In this document: piece after piece, positions 8,539 through 16,985 of the stretch
Position numbering within the stretch: position 1 is the first letter of the stretch
Layout: each line of letters opens with the position of its first letter
NCBI GenBank assembly: GCA_002347615.1
Contig: DDYH01000006.1
Span: 8,573-72,572 of the forward strand
Direction: 5' to 3'
DNA length: 64,000 bases
DNA from: Gallionellaceae bacterium UBA2239
GTDB taxonomy: Bacteria; Pseudomonadota; Gammaproteobacteria; Burkholderiales; UBA9220
Translations under genes and position numbers: made by a program
The notes under the pieces: generated by a model
The model's input: the letters and a program-made list of their open reading frames with translations, nothing else
What the model was told of the DNA's origin: nothing
Database searches by the model: none

Positions 8539-9897
8539 ATGATGGACTGGAACCGCCTGCTCTCCCCCCGCCGCCTGGGCAAGGCCGCCCCGGACCCGTC
8601 CACCGGCCTGCGCACCGACTTCCAGCGGGATTTCGACCGCATCGTCTATTCCTCCGCCTTCCGCCGCCTCCAGGACAAGACCCAGGTGTTCCCCCTGGCC
8701 CAGAGCGACTACGTGCGCACCCGCCTGACCCACAGCCTGGAGGCGGCCAGCGTCGGACGCTCCCTGGGGATGCTGGTGGGGGAGGCGGTGATCGCCCGCC
8801 ACGGCCTGAAAGACCTGGCCCCCGCCGACTTGGGCGCCATCCTGGGGGCCGCCTGCCTGGCCCACGACATCGGCAATCCCCCCTTCGGCCACCTGGGGGA
8901 GGCGGCGATCCAGGAATGGTTCCAGAAAAGCCCCGCGGGCTGGGAGGCGGTGGAGCGGGCGCCCCTGGCCCAGCGCCGGGATTTCCTCGAATTCGAAGGC
9001 AACGCCCAGGGTTTCCGCCTCCTCACCCGGCTGCAAAGCCCCGACAACCCCGGCGGCATGCAGCTCACCTGCGCCACCCTGGGGGCCTTCACCAAGTATC
9101 CCCGCACCTCCGGCGCCGAACTGGCGGGCTACCAGGGGGCCAGCGTCAAGAAGTACGGCTTCTTTGCCTCGGAGTTGGACCATTTTGCCGACGTGGCGGC
9201 GGAAACCGGGTTGCTCGCAAGGGCCGACGGCGCCTGGGCGCGCCATCCCCTGGCCTTCCTGATGGAGGCGGCGGACGACATCTGCTACACCATCGTCGAC
9301 CTGGAGGACGGCTTCCGCGTCGGCCTCCTGGCCTACGACGAAGTGGCCGGCCCCCTCACCGACGCCCTGGGGGGCAAGGACCAGGTGGCGGTGCGCCTGG
9401 CCGGCATCCGCAACCCCAAGGAGCGCATCGAATACCTCCGCGCCCGGGCCATCAACGAAGTGGTGCGCCAGGCGGCGGAATGCTTCCTGGACCACGAAGC
9501 CGGCCTGCTGGACGGCAGCTTCGACCAGCCCCTGGTGGACCTGATCGCCGTCGCCCCGGCGGTGCGCGGAATGAAAAAGCTGGGCCGGGAGCGGGTCTAT
9601 GTCGCTCCTCAGGTGCTGGAGATCGAAGCCGCCGGCTTCCGCGTCCTGGGCGGCCTGCTGGAACTGTTCGTGGGGGCGGTGGAAGAGGTGGCGGAGAAAG
9701 GGAAGAAGGGCGCCAGCGTCAGCTCCTCAACCCTGCTGCGCCTGCTTCCCCCTCAGTTCCTGGGGGAGAACGGCGAGCCGGAGACCGACCCCTACGCCCG
9801 CCTGATCCAGCTCACCGATTTCGTGTCCGGGATGACCGACTCCTACGCGGTTTCCCTGTACAAGAAGCTCACCGGCATTTCCCTGCCGGGGGGGTGA
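8539..9897 (+). CDS. dgt: dGTP triphosphohydrolase-like HD-domain protein
   Basis: 452 aa. DFQRDFDRIVYSSAFRRLQDKTQV, THSLEAASVGRSLG, LAHDIGNPPFGH: the dGTPase family signature. Confidence 0.9.
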   Translation: MMDWNRLLSPRRLGKAAPDPSTGLRTDFQRDFDRIVYSSAFRRLQDKTQVFPLAQSDYVRTRLTHSLEAASVGRSLGMLVGEAVIARHGLKDLAPADLGAILGAACLAHDIGNPPFGHLGEAAIQEWFQKSPAGWEAVERAPLAQRRDFLEFEGNAQGFRLLTRLQSPDNPGGMQLTCATLGAFTKYPRTSGAELAGYQGASVKKYGFFASELDHFADVAAETGLLARADGAWARHPLAFLMEAADDICYTIVDLEDGFRVGLLAYDEVAGPLTDALGGKDQVAVRLAGIRNPKERIEYLRARAINEVVRQAAECFLDHEAGLLDGSFDQPLVDLIAVAPAVRGMKKLGRERVYVAPQVLEIEAAGFRVLGGLLELFVGAVEEVAEKGKKGASVSSSTLLRLLPPQFLGENGEPETDPYARLIQLTDFVSGMTDSYAVSLYKKLTGISLPGG

Positions 9898-9962
9898 ATG
9901 CCGCCGCTGGTAGTTTGAAAGATTCCACCTCTAGCCAGGCGAGTGTTTGTTGCATGGCTCGG

Positions 9963-10062
9963 CAGAAAATGAAAGAGGCCGCATGTAGCGGCCTCGCATT
10001 TGGTGCATCTTTCAGCTTGTTAGCGGACAGAGCTCATATCCCGATATCGTAGTAACATCAAG
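9963..10062 (-). ncRNA. Predicted tracrRNA (anti-repeat + linker + terminator hairpin); ends approximate
   Basis: Minus strand of 10019-10056 is complementary to the crRNA-sense repeat (18-nt perfect core plus flanking matches and a 1-nt bulge). It is followed by hairpin GAGGCCGC-UACAU-GCGGCCUC (9975-9995) and UUUCAUUUUCU. Confidence 0.75.
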
Positions 10063-10104
10063 GCTACACGTATAGTCCCGTAAAATCAAACACAAGGGGG
10101 GAGT

Positions 10105-13100
10105 GTGCTCAGGAAGATGCGTTATCGCCTGGCGTTGGATGTTGGCTCGACATCCATTGGCTGGTGCCTGATTCGACTGAATGCCGACGATGAGCCGATT
10201 GCCATTATCCGAATGGGGGTGCGCATATTTTCCGATGGGCGCAATCCCAAAGATGGCTCGTCCCTTGCCGTGACCCGCCGCAACGCCCGGCAAATGCGCC
10301 GTCGGCGGGATAGGTTGCTGAAACGCAAGGAACGGATGTTGTCTGCTTTGACCCGTCTCGGCTTCTTTCCTTTGGATGAGGCCAAGCGCCGCGAATTAGT
10401 GAGTCTCGATCCCTATGCCTTGCGTAAAAAAGGTCTGTATGAAGCGTTGAGCGGCCCCGAGTTTGCGCGGGCGTTGTTTCATATCAATCAACGACGCGGA
10501 TTCCTAAGTAATCGCAAGACGGACAGGAAAGACAGCGAAAGCGGGGCGCTTAAGAAGGCAATCAAAGGGCTGCGGGGAAAGCTGGCCGAGGAGGGATGCC
10601 GAACGCTGGGGGAATGGCTGGCTCGCCGCCATGAGCAGCGCCTGAGTGTACGCGCGCGCCTGCGGGGCAAGACGCAGAAAGAAAAGGCCTACGATTTCTA
10701 TGCCGACCGGGCAATGATCGAGCATGAATTCGACGCGCTTTGGGACCGGCAGGAAGCGCTAAATCCCGTCCTTTTCAATCCCGCCGCTCGTGATGAACTC
10801 AAAGACATCCTGCTTCATCAGCGCCGTCTCAGACCGGTTCGACCCGGGCGCTGCACCCTTCTGCCGGAAGAGGAGCGCGCGCCGCTGGCATTGCCCAGCA
10901 CCCAGCGTTTCCGTATCTATCAGGAGGTCAACAATCTGAGGGTTCTTTCGCCGGCGGATATGTGCGAAAAGCCGTTGACGCTGGATCAGAGAAACCGTGT
11001 CGTCGAATTGCTTGAGCGGCAGGGCGAGGTCCGTTTTACCAGGATACTTAAAGAGTTGAACCTGTCTGGCGCCACCAAATTCAACCTGGAAGACATCAAG
11101 CGCGATCGGCTCAAAGGAAACTCCACCTCCGCTGTTCTTGCCAAGGAGAATTGCTTTGGCGAGCGGTGGTACGGTTTTGATGGGGCAGTGCAGGACGAAA
11201 TCGTGGACCGGTTGCTGAACGATGCCAGCAAGTCGGCCTTGGTGAATTGGTTGCAGGAACGGACGGGCGTAGACGAGGCGTGTGCCGAAACCATCGCCAA
11301 CGTGAGCTTGCCGGAAGGGTATGGCAACTTGAGTCGCAAGGCGCTGTCCCGGATTCTTCCCGAACTTGCCGCGGATGTGACGGTGTATTCCGATGCGGTT
11401 GTCCGAGCGGGATTTGACAGCCACAGCGCGCTGTCTTCCGCGGAGCAAACGGGCGAAATTTTGGGTGAATTGCCTTACTATGGCATTCCCCTACGCCGCC
11501 ACGTCGCCTTTGCCAAAGACCATCCGCGCAACGACGAGGAGCGTTATGGGAAAATCGCCAACCCGACGGTGCATATCGGCTTGAACGAATTGCGCAAGGT
11601 GGTAAACGCCCTCATTCGACGGTATGGCCATCCCAGCGAAGTGATTGTGGAGGTGGCGCGAGAGCTCAAACTGGGGCGTGAACGAAAGCTGGAAATCCAG
11701 CGCGAACAGAAGGAACGGCAAGACCTCAACGACAAACAGGTGGCCGAAGCCTGCGCCGTGCTCGGTTGGACCCCAGCCAACCTTGACCGCGCCAAGCGGC
11801 GCGAACTTTCGCAGAAAATGCAGTTGTGGGTGGAGCTCAACCCCAAGAACGTGGCTGACCGGCAGTGTCCCTATACCGGCGAACAAATCGGCATTGAGCG
11901 GCTTTTGTCGAGCGAGGTGGAGATTGAGCACATCCTTCCTTATTCCGCCACTCTTGACGACAGCATGAACAACAAGACGGTTTCCCTGCGCCGCGCCAAT
12001 CGCGACAAAGGAAACCGGACTCCCTATGAGGCCTTCGGCGTGCAGCCGATACCCGGCTACGACTACCAAGCCATTCTTCTGCGTGCCTCAAATATGCCCA
12101 GGGAGAAGGCCAAGCGTTTCGCACCGGATGGCTATCAGCGTTGGCTGAAGGAGGACAAGGATTTCCTCGCCCGGGCACTCAACGATACCGCCTATCTATC
12201 CCGCATTGCCAAGGAATACCTCTCCCTGATTTGCCCGCCCAATAAGGTACGTGTTATCCCGGGAAGAATGACGGCGCTGTTGCGGGGTAAGTTTGGGTTG
12301 AATCAGCTCCTGTCCGGTTCCGAGGTGAAAAACCGTGACGACCATCGTCACCACGCGCTGGATGCGGCGGTGATCGGTGTTACGGACCAAGGGCTGTTGC
12401 AGCGTTTCGCCAAAGCGAGCGCAAGCGCGCGGGAGCGGCAGCTTGATCGGCTTGTGGAGGAAATGCCTCTGCCTTGGCCTAGCTATCGGGAACACGCGGA
12501 GCGGGCATTGGGCGGCATCGTCATCAGCCACAAACCGGACCACGGGTATCAGGGTGCCATGCACGAAGAGACGGCCTGGGGCCTATGCGGCGACGGCGTG
12601 GCGAGCAGGCGCGTGCGCCTGGAGGACGGGGGTCCCCGCCAGCGCGAATTCAGGAATAAGAACCTGGTCGAGATCGACAGTACCCGTGATCCAAACCGCC
12701 ACGGCATGGACGAGCATGGCCGGCCACGGCACTACAAGGGCTATGTGGGCGGCAGCAACTATTGCATTGAAATTTGGCGGGGTGAGAAAGGAAAGTGGGA
12801 TGGGGACGTGGTATCCACATTCCAGGCTTACCAATTAATAAGACAATGGGGGGAAATCGAGGGAGCGAGACGGCTTCGCGACCTAAGCTTCAGCCAGTCC
12901 GGTAGGCCCTTGGTGATGCGGCTGATGATCGATGATTTGGTAAGACTGCAGGTGGATGGGAAAGAAAGGACGATGCGCGTGGCCGTAATAAGCGGCAATG
13001 GCCAGATTTTTATGTGCGACCATCATGAGGCGAACGTGGACGCCCGGAATCGGGATAAGCAAAATCCCTTTGCGTACATCTCTAAATTGCCGGGTTCTCT

Positions 13101-13173
13101 TCAGAAAGCAAAGGGCCGGAGGGTTACCGTGTCCGAAATTGGCGAACTGCGCGATCCGGGCTTCAAGGGATAA
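10105..13173 (+). CDS. cas9: Cas9, type II-C (1022 aa from GTG 10105; alternative ATG at 10117)
   Basis: RuvC-I YRLALDVGSTSIGW, Arg-rich bridge helix RRNARQMRRRRDRLLKRK, RuvC-II VIVEVARELK, HNH EIEHILPYS..DDSMNNKTVSLRRANRDKGNRTPYEAF, RuvC-III DDHRHHALDAAVIG. No csn2 or cas4 nearby. Confidence 0.97.
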   Translation: MLRKMRYRLALDVGSTSIGWCLIRLNADDEPIAIIRMGVRIFSDGRNPKDGSSLAVTRRNARQMRRRRDRLLKRKERMLSALTRLGFFPLDEAKRRELVSLDPYALRKKGLYEALSGPEFARALFHINQRRGFLSNRKTDRKDSESGALKKAIKGLRGKLAEEGCRTLGEWLARRHEQRLSVRARLRGKTQKEKAYDFYADRAMIEHEFDALWDRQEALNPVLFNPAARDELKDILLHQRRLRPVRPGRCTLLPEEERAPLALPSTQRFRIYQEVNNLRVLSPADMCEKPLTLDQRNRVVELLERQGEVRFTRILKELNLSGATKFNLEDIKRDRLKGNSTSAVLAKENCFGERWYGFDGAVQDEIVDRLLNDASKSALVNWLQERTGVDEACAETIANVSLPEGYGNLSRKALSRILPELAADVTVYSDAVVRAGFDSHSALSSAEQTGEILGELPYYGIPLRRHVAFAKDHPRNDEERYGKIANPTVHIGLNELRKVVNALIRRYGHPSEVIVEVARELKLGRERKLEIQREQKERQDLNDKQVAEACAVLGWTPANLDRAKRRELSQKMQLWVELNPKNVADRQCPYTGEQIGIERLLSSEVEIEHILPYSATLDDSMNNKTVSLRRANRDKGNRTPYEAFGVQPIPGYDYQAILLRASNMPREKAKRFAPDGYQRWLKEDKDFLARALNDTAYLSRIAKEYLSLICPPNKVRVIPGRMTALLRGKFGLNQLLSGSEVKNRDDHRHHALDAAVIGVTDQGLLQRFAKASASARERQLDRLVEEMPLPWPSYREHAERALGGIVISHKPDHGYQGAMHEETAWGLCGDGVASRRVRLEDGGPRQREFRNKNLVEIDSTRDPNRHGMDEHGRPRHYKGYVGGSNYCIEIWRGEKGKWDGDVVSTFQAYQLIRQWGEIEGARRLRDLSFSQSGRPLVMRLMIDDLVRLQVDGKERTMRVAVISGNGQIFMCDHHEANVDARNRDKQNPFAYISKLPGSLQKAKGRRVTVSEIGELRDPGFKG

Positions 13174-13178
13174 TTGAA

Positions 13179-14108
13179 ATGATCGGCCGCATCGTTGAAG
13201 TGGCCGATGACCGACGGCATCTCTTTGCCTCCCGCGGCTTCATGGTCGTGCAGGATACGGAAGGCGAGCGCAAGGAGTTGGGGCAGGTTCCCCTGGACGA
13301 CATCGCAGCCGTTATCGCCAATGCCCACGGCCTGAGCTACACCAACAACCTGCTGGTGGCCCTCGCGGAACGCGGCGCGCCTTTCGTTCTGTGCGCAGCC
13401 AACCACAACGCTATCGGCATGCTGTGGCCGATAGACGGGAATTACCAGCAGGCCAAACGGTTCGATGCCCAATTGGCGGCGACCCGTCCCACGCACAAAC
13501 GGCTGTGGGCTGAAGTGGTGCGGAGCAAACTGCAACAGCAGGCCGCCGCTTTGGAGGCGGCGGGCGCCAACTCCATACCTCTTTCCGCCCTGGCGGCCAA
13601 GGTTCGTTCCGGCGACTCCGGCAACCTCGAAGCCCAAGGAGCCCGGCGCTACTGGGCGTTGTTGTTCGGGGGCGACTTCAGGCGCGACCAGAATGGGGAC
13701 GGGATCAACGCCCTGCTCAATTATGGCTACACCGTGCTGCGTGCCGCCATGGCACGAGCCATCGTTGCTGCCGGGCTTCATCCCACCCTGGGCCTTCACC
13801 ATGCCAATGAAAGCAACGCCATGCGCTTGGTGGATGACCTGATGGAGCCGTTTCGCCCAGTAATCGATTTGCACGTATGGCAATTGGGCAGAACCGGGGA
13901 GGCGGCAGTTACACCCGACACCAAGCGAACCCTCGTGCGGTCACTTTATGACGACATGCAAACCACTTCCGGCGCGACTCCGGTCATGGTGTGCATGCAG
14001 CGGTTGGCGGTGTCCCTGGCTCAGGTATACATGGACCAGAGAGACAAACTGGACCTTCCCTTGCCGGGGTTGCCGTTGTCCATGGCGGCCAGCCTGGCCG
14101 ATGACTGA
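13179..14108 (+). CDS. cas1: Cas1 (type II)
   Basis: 309 aa, 5 nt after the cas9 stop. ..NALLNYGYTVLRAAMARAIVAAGLHPTLGLHHANESNAMRLVDDLMEPFRP.. is the Cas1 catalytic core. Confidence 0.95.
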   Translation: MIGRIVEVADDRRHLFASRGFMVVQDTEGERKELGQVPLDDIAAVIANAHGLSYTNNLLVALAERGAPFVLCAANHNAIGMLWPIDGNYQQAKRFDAQLAATRPTHKRLWAEVVRSKLQQQAAALEAAGANSIPLSALAAKVRSGDSGNLEAQGARRYWALLFGGDFRRDQNGDGINALLNYGYTVLRAAMARAIVAAGLHPTLGLHHANESNAMRLVDDLMEPFRPVIDLHVWQLGRTGEAAVTPDTKRTLVRSLYDDMQTTSGATPVMVCMQRLAVSLAQVYMDQRDKLDLPLPGLPLSMAASLADD

Positions 14109-14117
14109 GTTGTCGCC

Positions 14118-14444
14118 ATGCTCAGCGGATATCGTCTCATGTGGGTAGCCGTCATGTTCGATCTTCCCGTGGTGGAAAAGAAAGAGCGCAAAGCCGCAAC
14201 CGGATTCCGCAATGCGTTGCTGGACATGGGATTCGAGATGGCCCAGTTTTCGGTATACATGCGTTTCTGCACCAGCCAGGCGCAAATCGATACCTACTGT
14301 AGGCGGGTGGAGGAAACCTTGCCTGACGGCGGGAAAGTCAATATTCTGGTTTTCACCGACAAGCAATATGAGCGCATTATTTCTTTCCATGGGAAAGCCA
14401 AACAGGACCCGAAAAAATCACCGGACCAATTTGATTTGTTCTGA
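14118..14444 (+). CDS. cas2: Cas2 (type II)
   Basis: 108 aa. MWVAVMFDLPV..ERKAATGFRNALLDMGFEMAQFSVYMRF.. is the Cas2 ferredoxin-like fold pattern. Confidence 0.9.
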   Translation: MLSGYRLMWVAVMFDLPVVEKKERKAATGFRNALLDMGFEMAQFSVYMRFCTSQAQIDTYCRRVEETLPDGGKVNILVFTDKQYERIISFHGKAKQDPKKSPDQFDLF

Positions 14445-14465
14445 GTCGGTGCGCCTTTTTTCGAT

Positions 14466-14504
14466 TCGAAAAAATAAGAAACCCACTGACGAATCAGTGG
14501 GTTT
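14466..14504 (-). terminator. Minus-strand Rho-independent terminator between the array and cas2
   Basis: AAACCCACTGA (14479-14489), 4-nt loop, TCAGTGGGTTT (14494-14504). Read on the minus strand the hairpin is followed by CUUAUUUUUU. Confidence 0.8.
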
Positions 14505-15176
14505 CAGAACTGCGATTCTACTCTATCGGGATATGAGCTCTGGCCGGAACGCCTGCCGTTCGCGCTCGTTCAGGTCCTCTATTCTACTCTATCGGGATAT
14601 GAGCTCTGGCCGGAACTGCGTTGTGGTATCCGCCGCTGATCGTGATATTCTACTCTATCGGGATATGAGCTCTGGCCGGAACTTTGCTCGCAAGCTCAAC
14701 ACCACCGCCGGCATTCTACTCTATCGGGATATGAGCTCTGGCCGGAACGCGGCCGGCTCCCAGGTGAAGCCGGCTGATATTCTACTCTATCGGGATATGA
14801 GCTCTGGCCGGAACTGTATAATACACCTTACTACTTGAACGCACATTCTACTCTATCGGGATATGAGCTCTGGCCGGAACTTGGTCGCCACGGTCATTTT
14901 TGGCGTGCTTATTCTACTCTATCGGGATATGAGCTCTGGCCGGAACTCAAAGAGGATGCAATTCACCGCTACATCGATTCTACTCTATCGGGATATGAGC
15001 TCTGGCCGGAACAAGGACGGAAGCGCGCAGCAGAAGTCCAATATTCTACTCTATCGGGATATGAGCTCTGGCCGGAACCCCATGAGCTGTATCCCGCCTA
15101 TGACACTCATTCTACTCTATCGGGATATGAGCTCTGGCCGGAACGCATCACAGGTAACACGGCATTCCGCTTTTAT

Positions 15177-15349
15177 CCCAGATTATCCATTAGGCGGCGC
15201 TTCGCGCCTACGCGAGCGCTGGCGGCCGGTTTGCGGCCATTTTCGCCGCTTGTTCGTCGTCCATGGAATAACCATGAACTCCTCGCAAGCAACGAAACTG
15301 TCTCGCAACCCACCTCGCCATCATCTCGCGTCCTAATGGATAATCTGGG
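15177..15349 (+). mobile_element. MITE-like element, copy 2, inserted at the spacer 10 / repeat 11 junction (TSD TTTAT)
   Basis: Same TIRs as copy 1. TTTAT at 15172-15176 and 15350-15354. Excising the element plus one TSD restores ..CCGCTTTT|ATTCTACTC.. (30-nt spacer plus intact repeat). Confidence 0.95.
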
Positions 15350-16781
15350 TTTATTCTACTCTATCGGGATATGAGCTCTGGCCGGAACTTGCAACGTCAC
15401 CTACTGTTGCCCCCGACTATTCTACTCTATCGGGATATGAGCTCTGGCCGGAACGCGGTCACTGCGGCGGTCGCGCTTACCTTGGATTCTACTCTATCGG
15501 GATATGAGCTCTGGCCGGAACTCGCGGCGCTCCATGACGTATTCGCGGTACATTCTACTCTATCGGGATATGAGCTCTGGCCGGAACCACTTACCCAGTT
15601 GTGTAAAATATTTTTAGATTCTACTCTATCGGGATATGAGCTCTGGCCGGAACCTGGCCCGCGCGTTCAGCTTTTCGGGCAGCATTCTACTCTATCGGGA
15701 TATGAGCTCTGGCCGGAACTTGGGGGCGCATGGCTGACCAGTGGCGCAAATTCTACTCTATCGGGATATGAGCTCTGGCCGGAACCCACCAGGAGTCATT
15801 ATGCCGCCATTCTTAATTCTACTCTATCGGGATATGAGCTCTGGCCGGAACGCATCGACGAGCTGATCCGCGCCCGCGACGAATTCTACTCTATCGGGAT
15901 ATGAGCTCTGGCCGGAACGCGCCTGGCTCCCAGGTGAAGCCGGCTGATATTCTACTCTATCGGGATATGAGCTCTGGCCGGAACCCTTTGGGTTGCGTGT
16001 TGGTGCGTTCAAGTATTCTACTCTATCGGGATATGAGCTCTGGCCGGAACAGTCCGACACGCTGGCCCGCCTGATCGAATATTCTACTCTATCGGGATAT
16101 GAGCTCTGGCCGGAACGCTGTTGGAGCGTCGGCGCGACCGCCGGCCATTCTACTCTATCGGGATATGAGCTCTGGCCGGAACTTCAGTAAGTTCAATATC
16201 TCTTGGAAGCTAATTCTACTCTATCGGGATATGAGCTCTGGCCGGAACGGTGCCAAAGGACTCATGCAGGTCTTACCATTCTACTCTATCGGGATATGAG
16301 CTCTGGCCGGAACAGGACCACCCCGCCGTGGCGGAACTGCGCAATTCTACTCTATCGGGATATGAGCTCTGGCCGGAACCCGGAACCGCACTCGGTCCAC
16401 AGTGGGATCATTCTACTCTATCGGGATATGAGCTCTGGCCGGAACAGGTGTGCTTCGCTCAAGCTGACCGCTCCCATTCTACTCTATCGGGATATGAGCT
16501 CTGGCCGGAACTGACCAGGTGCGCGCCTATGTCGAAGCGCAATTCTACTCTATCGGGATATGAGCTCTGGCCGGAACCTGGCTTGGGTTTCGGGGCGGGT
16601 ACTATGGTTATTCTACTCTATCGGGATATGAGCTCTGGCCGGAACGCGGTGAGGAGGGGTGATCGTGGTGGCATGATTCTACTCTATCGGGATATGAGCT
16701 CTGGCCGGAACCGGTAACGGCGAACGGCAAACGTAGATAGCCCGCCGTCCTTGGAGTAGTACAACCCGGAAAGCGCCGGGT

Positions 16782-16985
16782 CTAGTCCCCTTGATAGCTG
16801 GCCGCTAATCGCATCCAGTATGCGAAGCCTTCCTTCTTCGCTTTTTTCGCATAGAAGGGTATTGACGAGAGCCGTTCTTTTAAGCGTTGCGCTTCCCGCT
16901 CGATAGCGGCTATCCTCTCCGGCGGCAAAGGCCTGGCTACCAATTCGGCCAAAGTCATCATCCGTAACCGTTCCGCCTTGTTCAT
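16782..16985 (-). CDS. Small hypothetical protein (67 aa) inside the 342-bp insert of the array
   Basis: MNKAERLRMMTLAELVARPLPPERIAAIEREAQRLKERLSSIPFYAKKAKKEGFAYWMRLAASYQGD. GGAGG lies 7 nt upstream of the ATG. Same orientation as the predicted crRNA transcription. Confidence 0.4.
   Translation of the reverse strand: MNKAERLRMMTLAELVARPLPPERIAAIEREAQRLKERLSSIPFYAKKAKKEGFAYWMRLAASYQGD

Noticed and set aside
10057-10104. Attempt to assign divergent -35/-10 promoters for cas9 and the tracrRNA (e.g. TAAAAT at 10081, TATACG on the minus strand).
   Set aside because: The hexamers are weak or have non-canonical spacing. I cannot support specific promoter calls from sequence alone.
14212-16717. Series of + and - strand ORFs across the CRISPR array with reiterated ILLYRDMSSGRN / STLSGYELWPE peptides.
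   Set aside because: They are translations of the 36-nt repeat in different frames. The periodicity equals the repeat-spacer unit.
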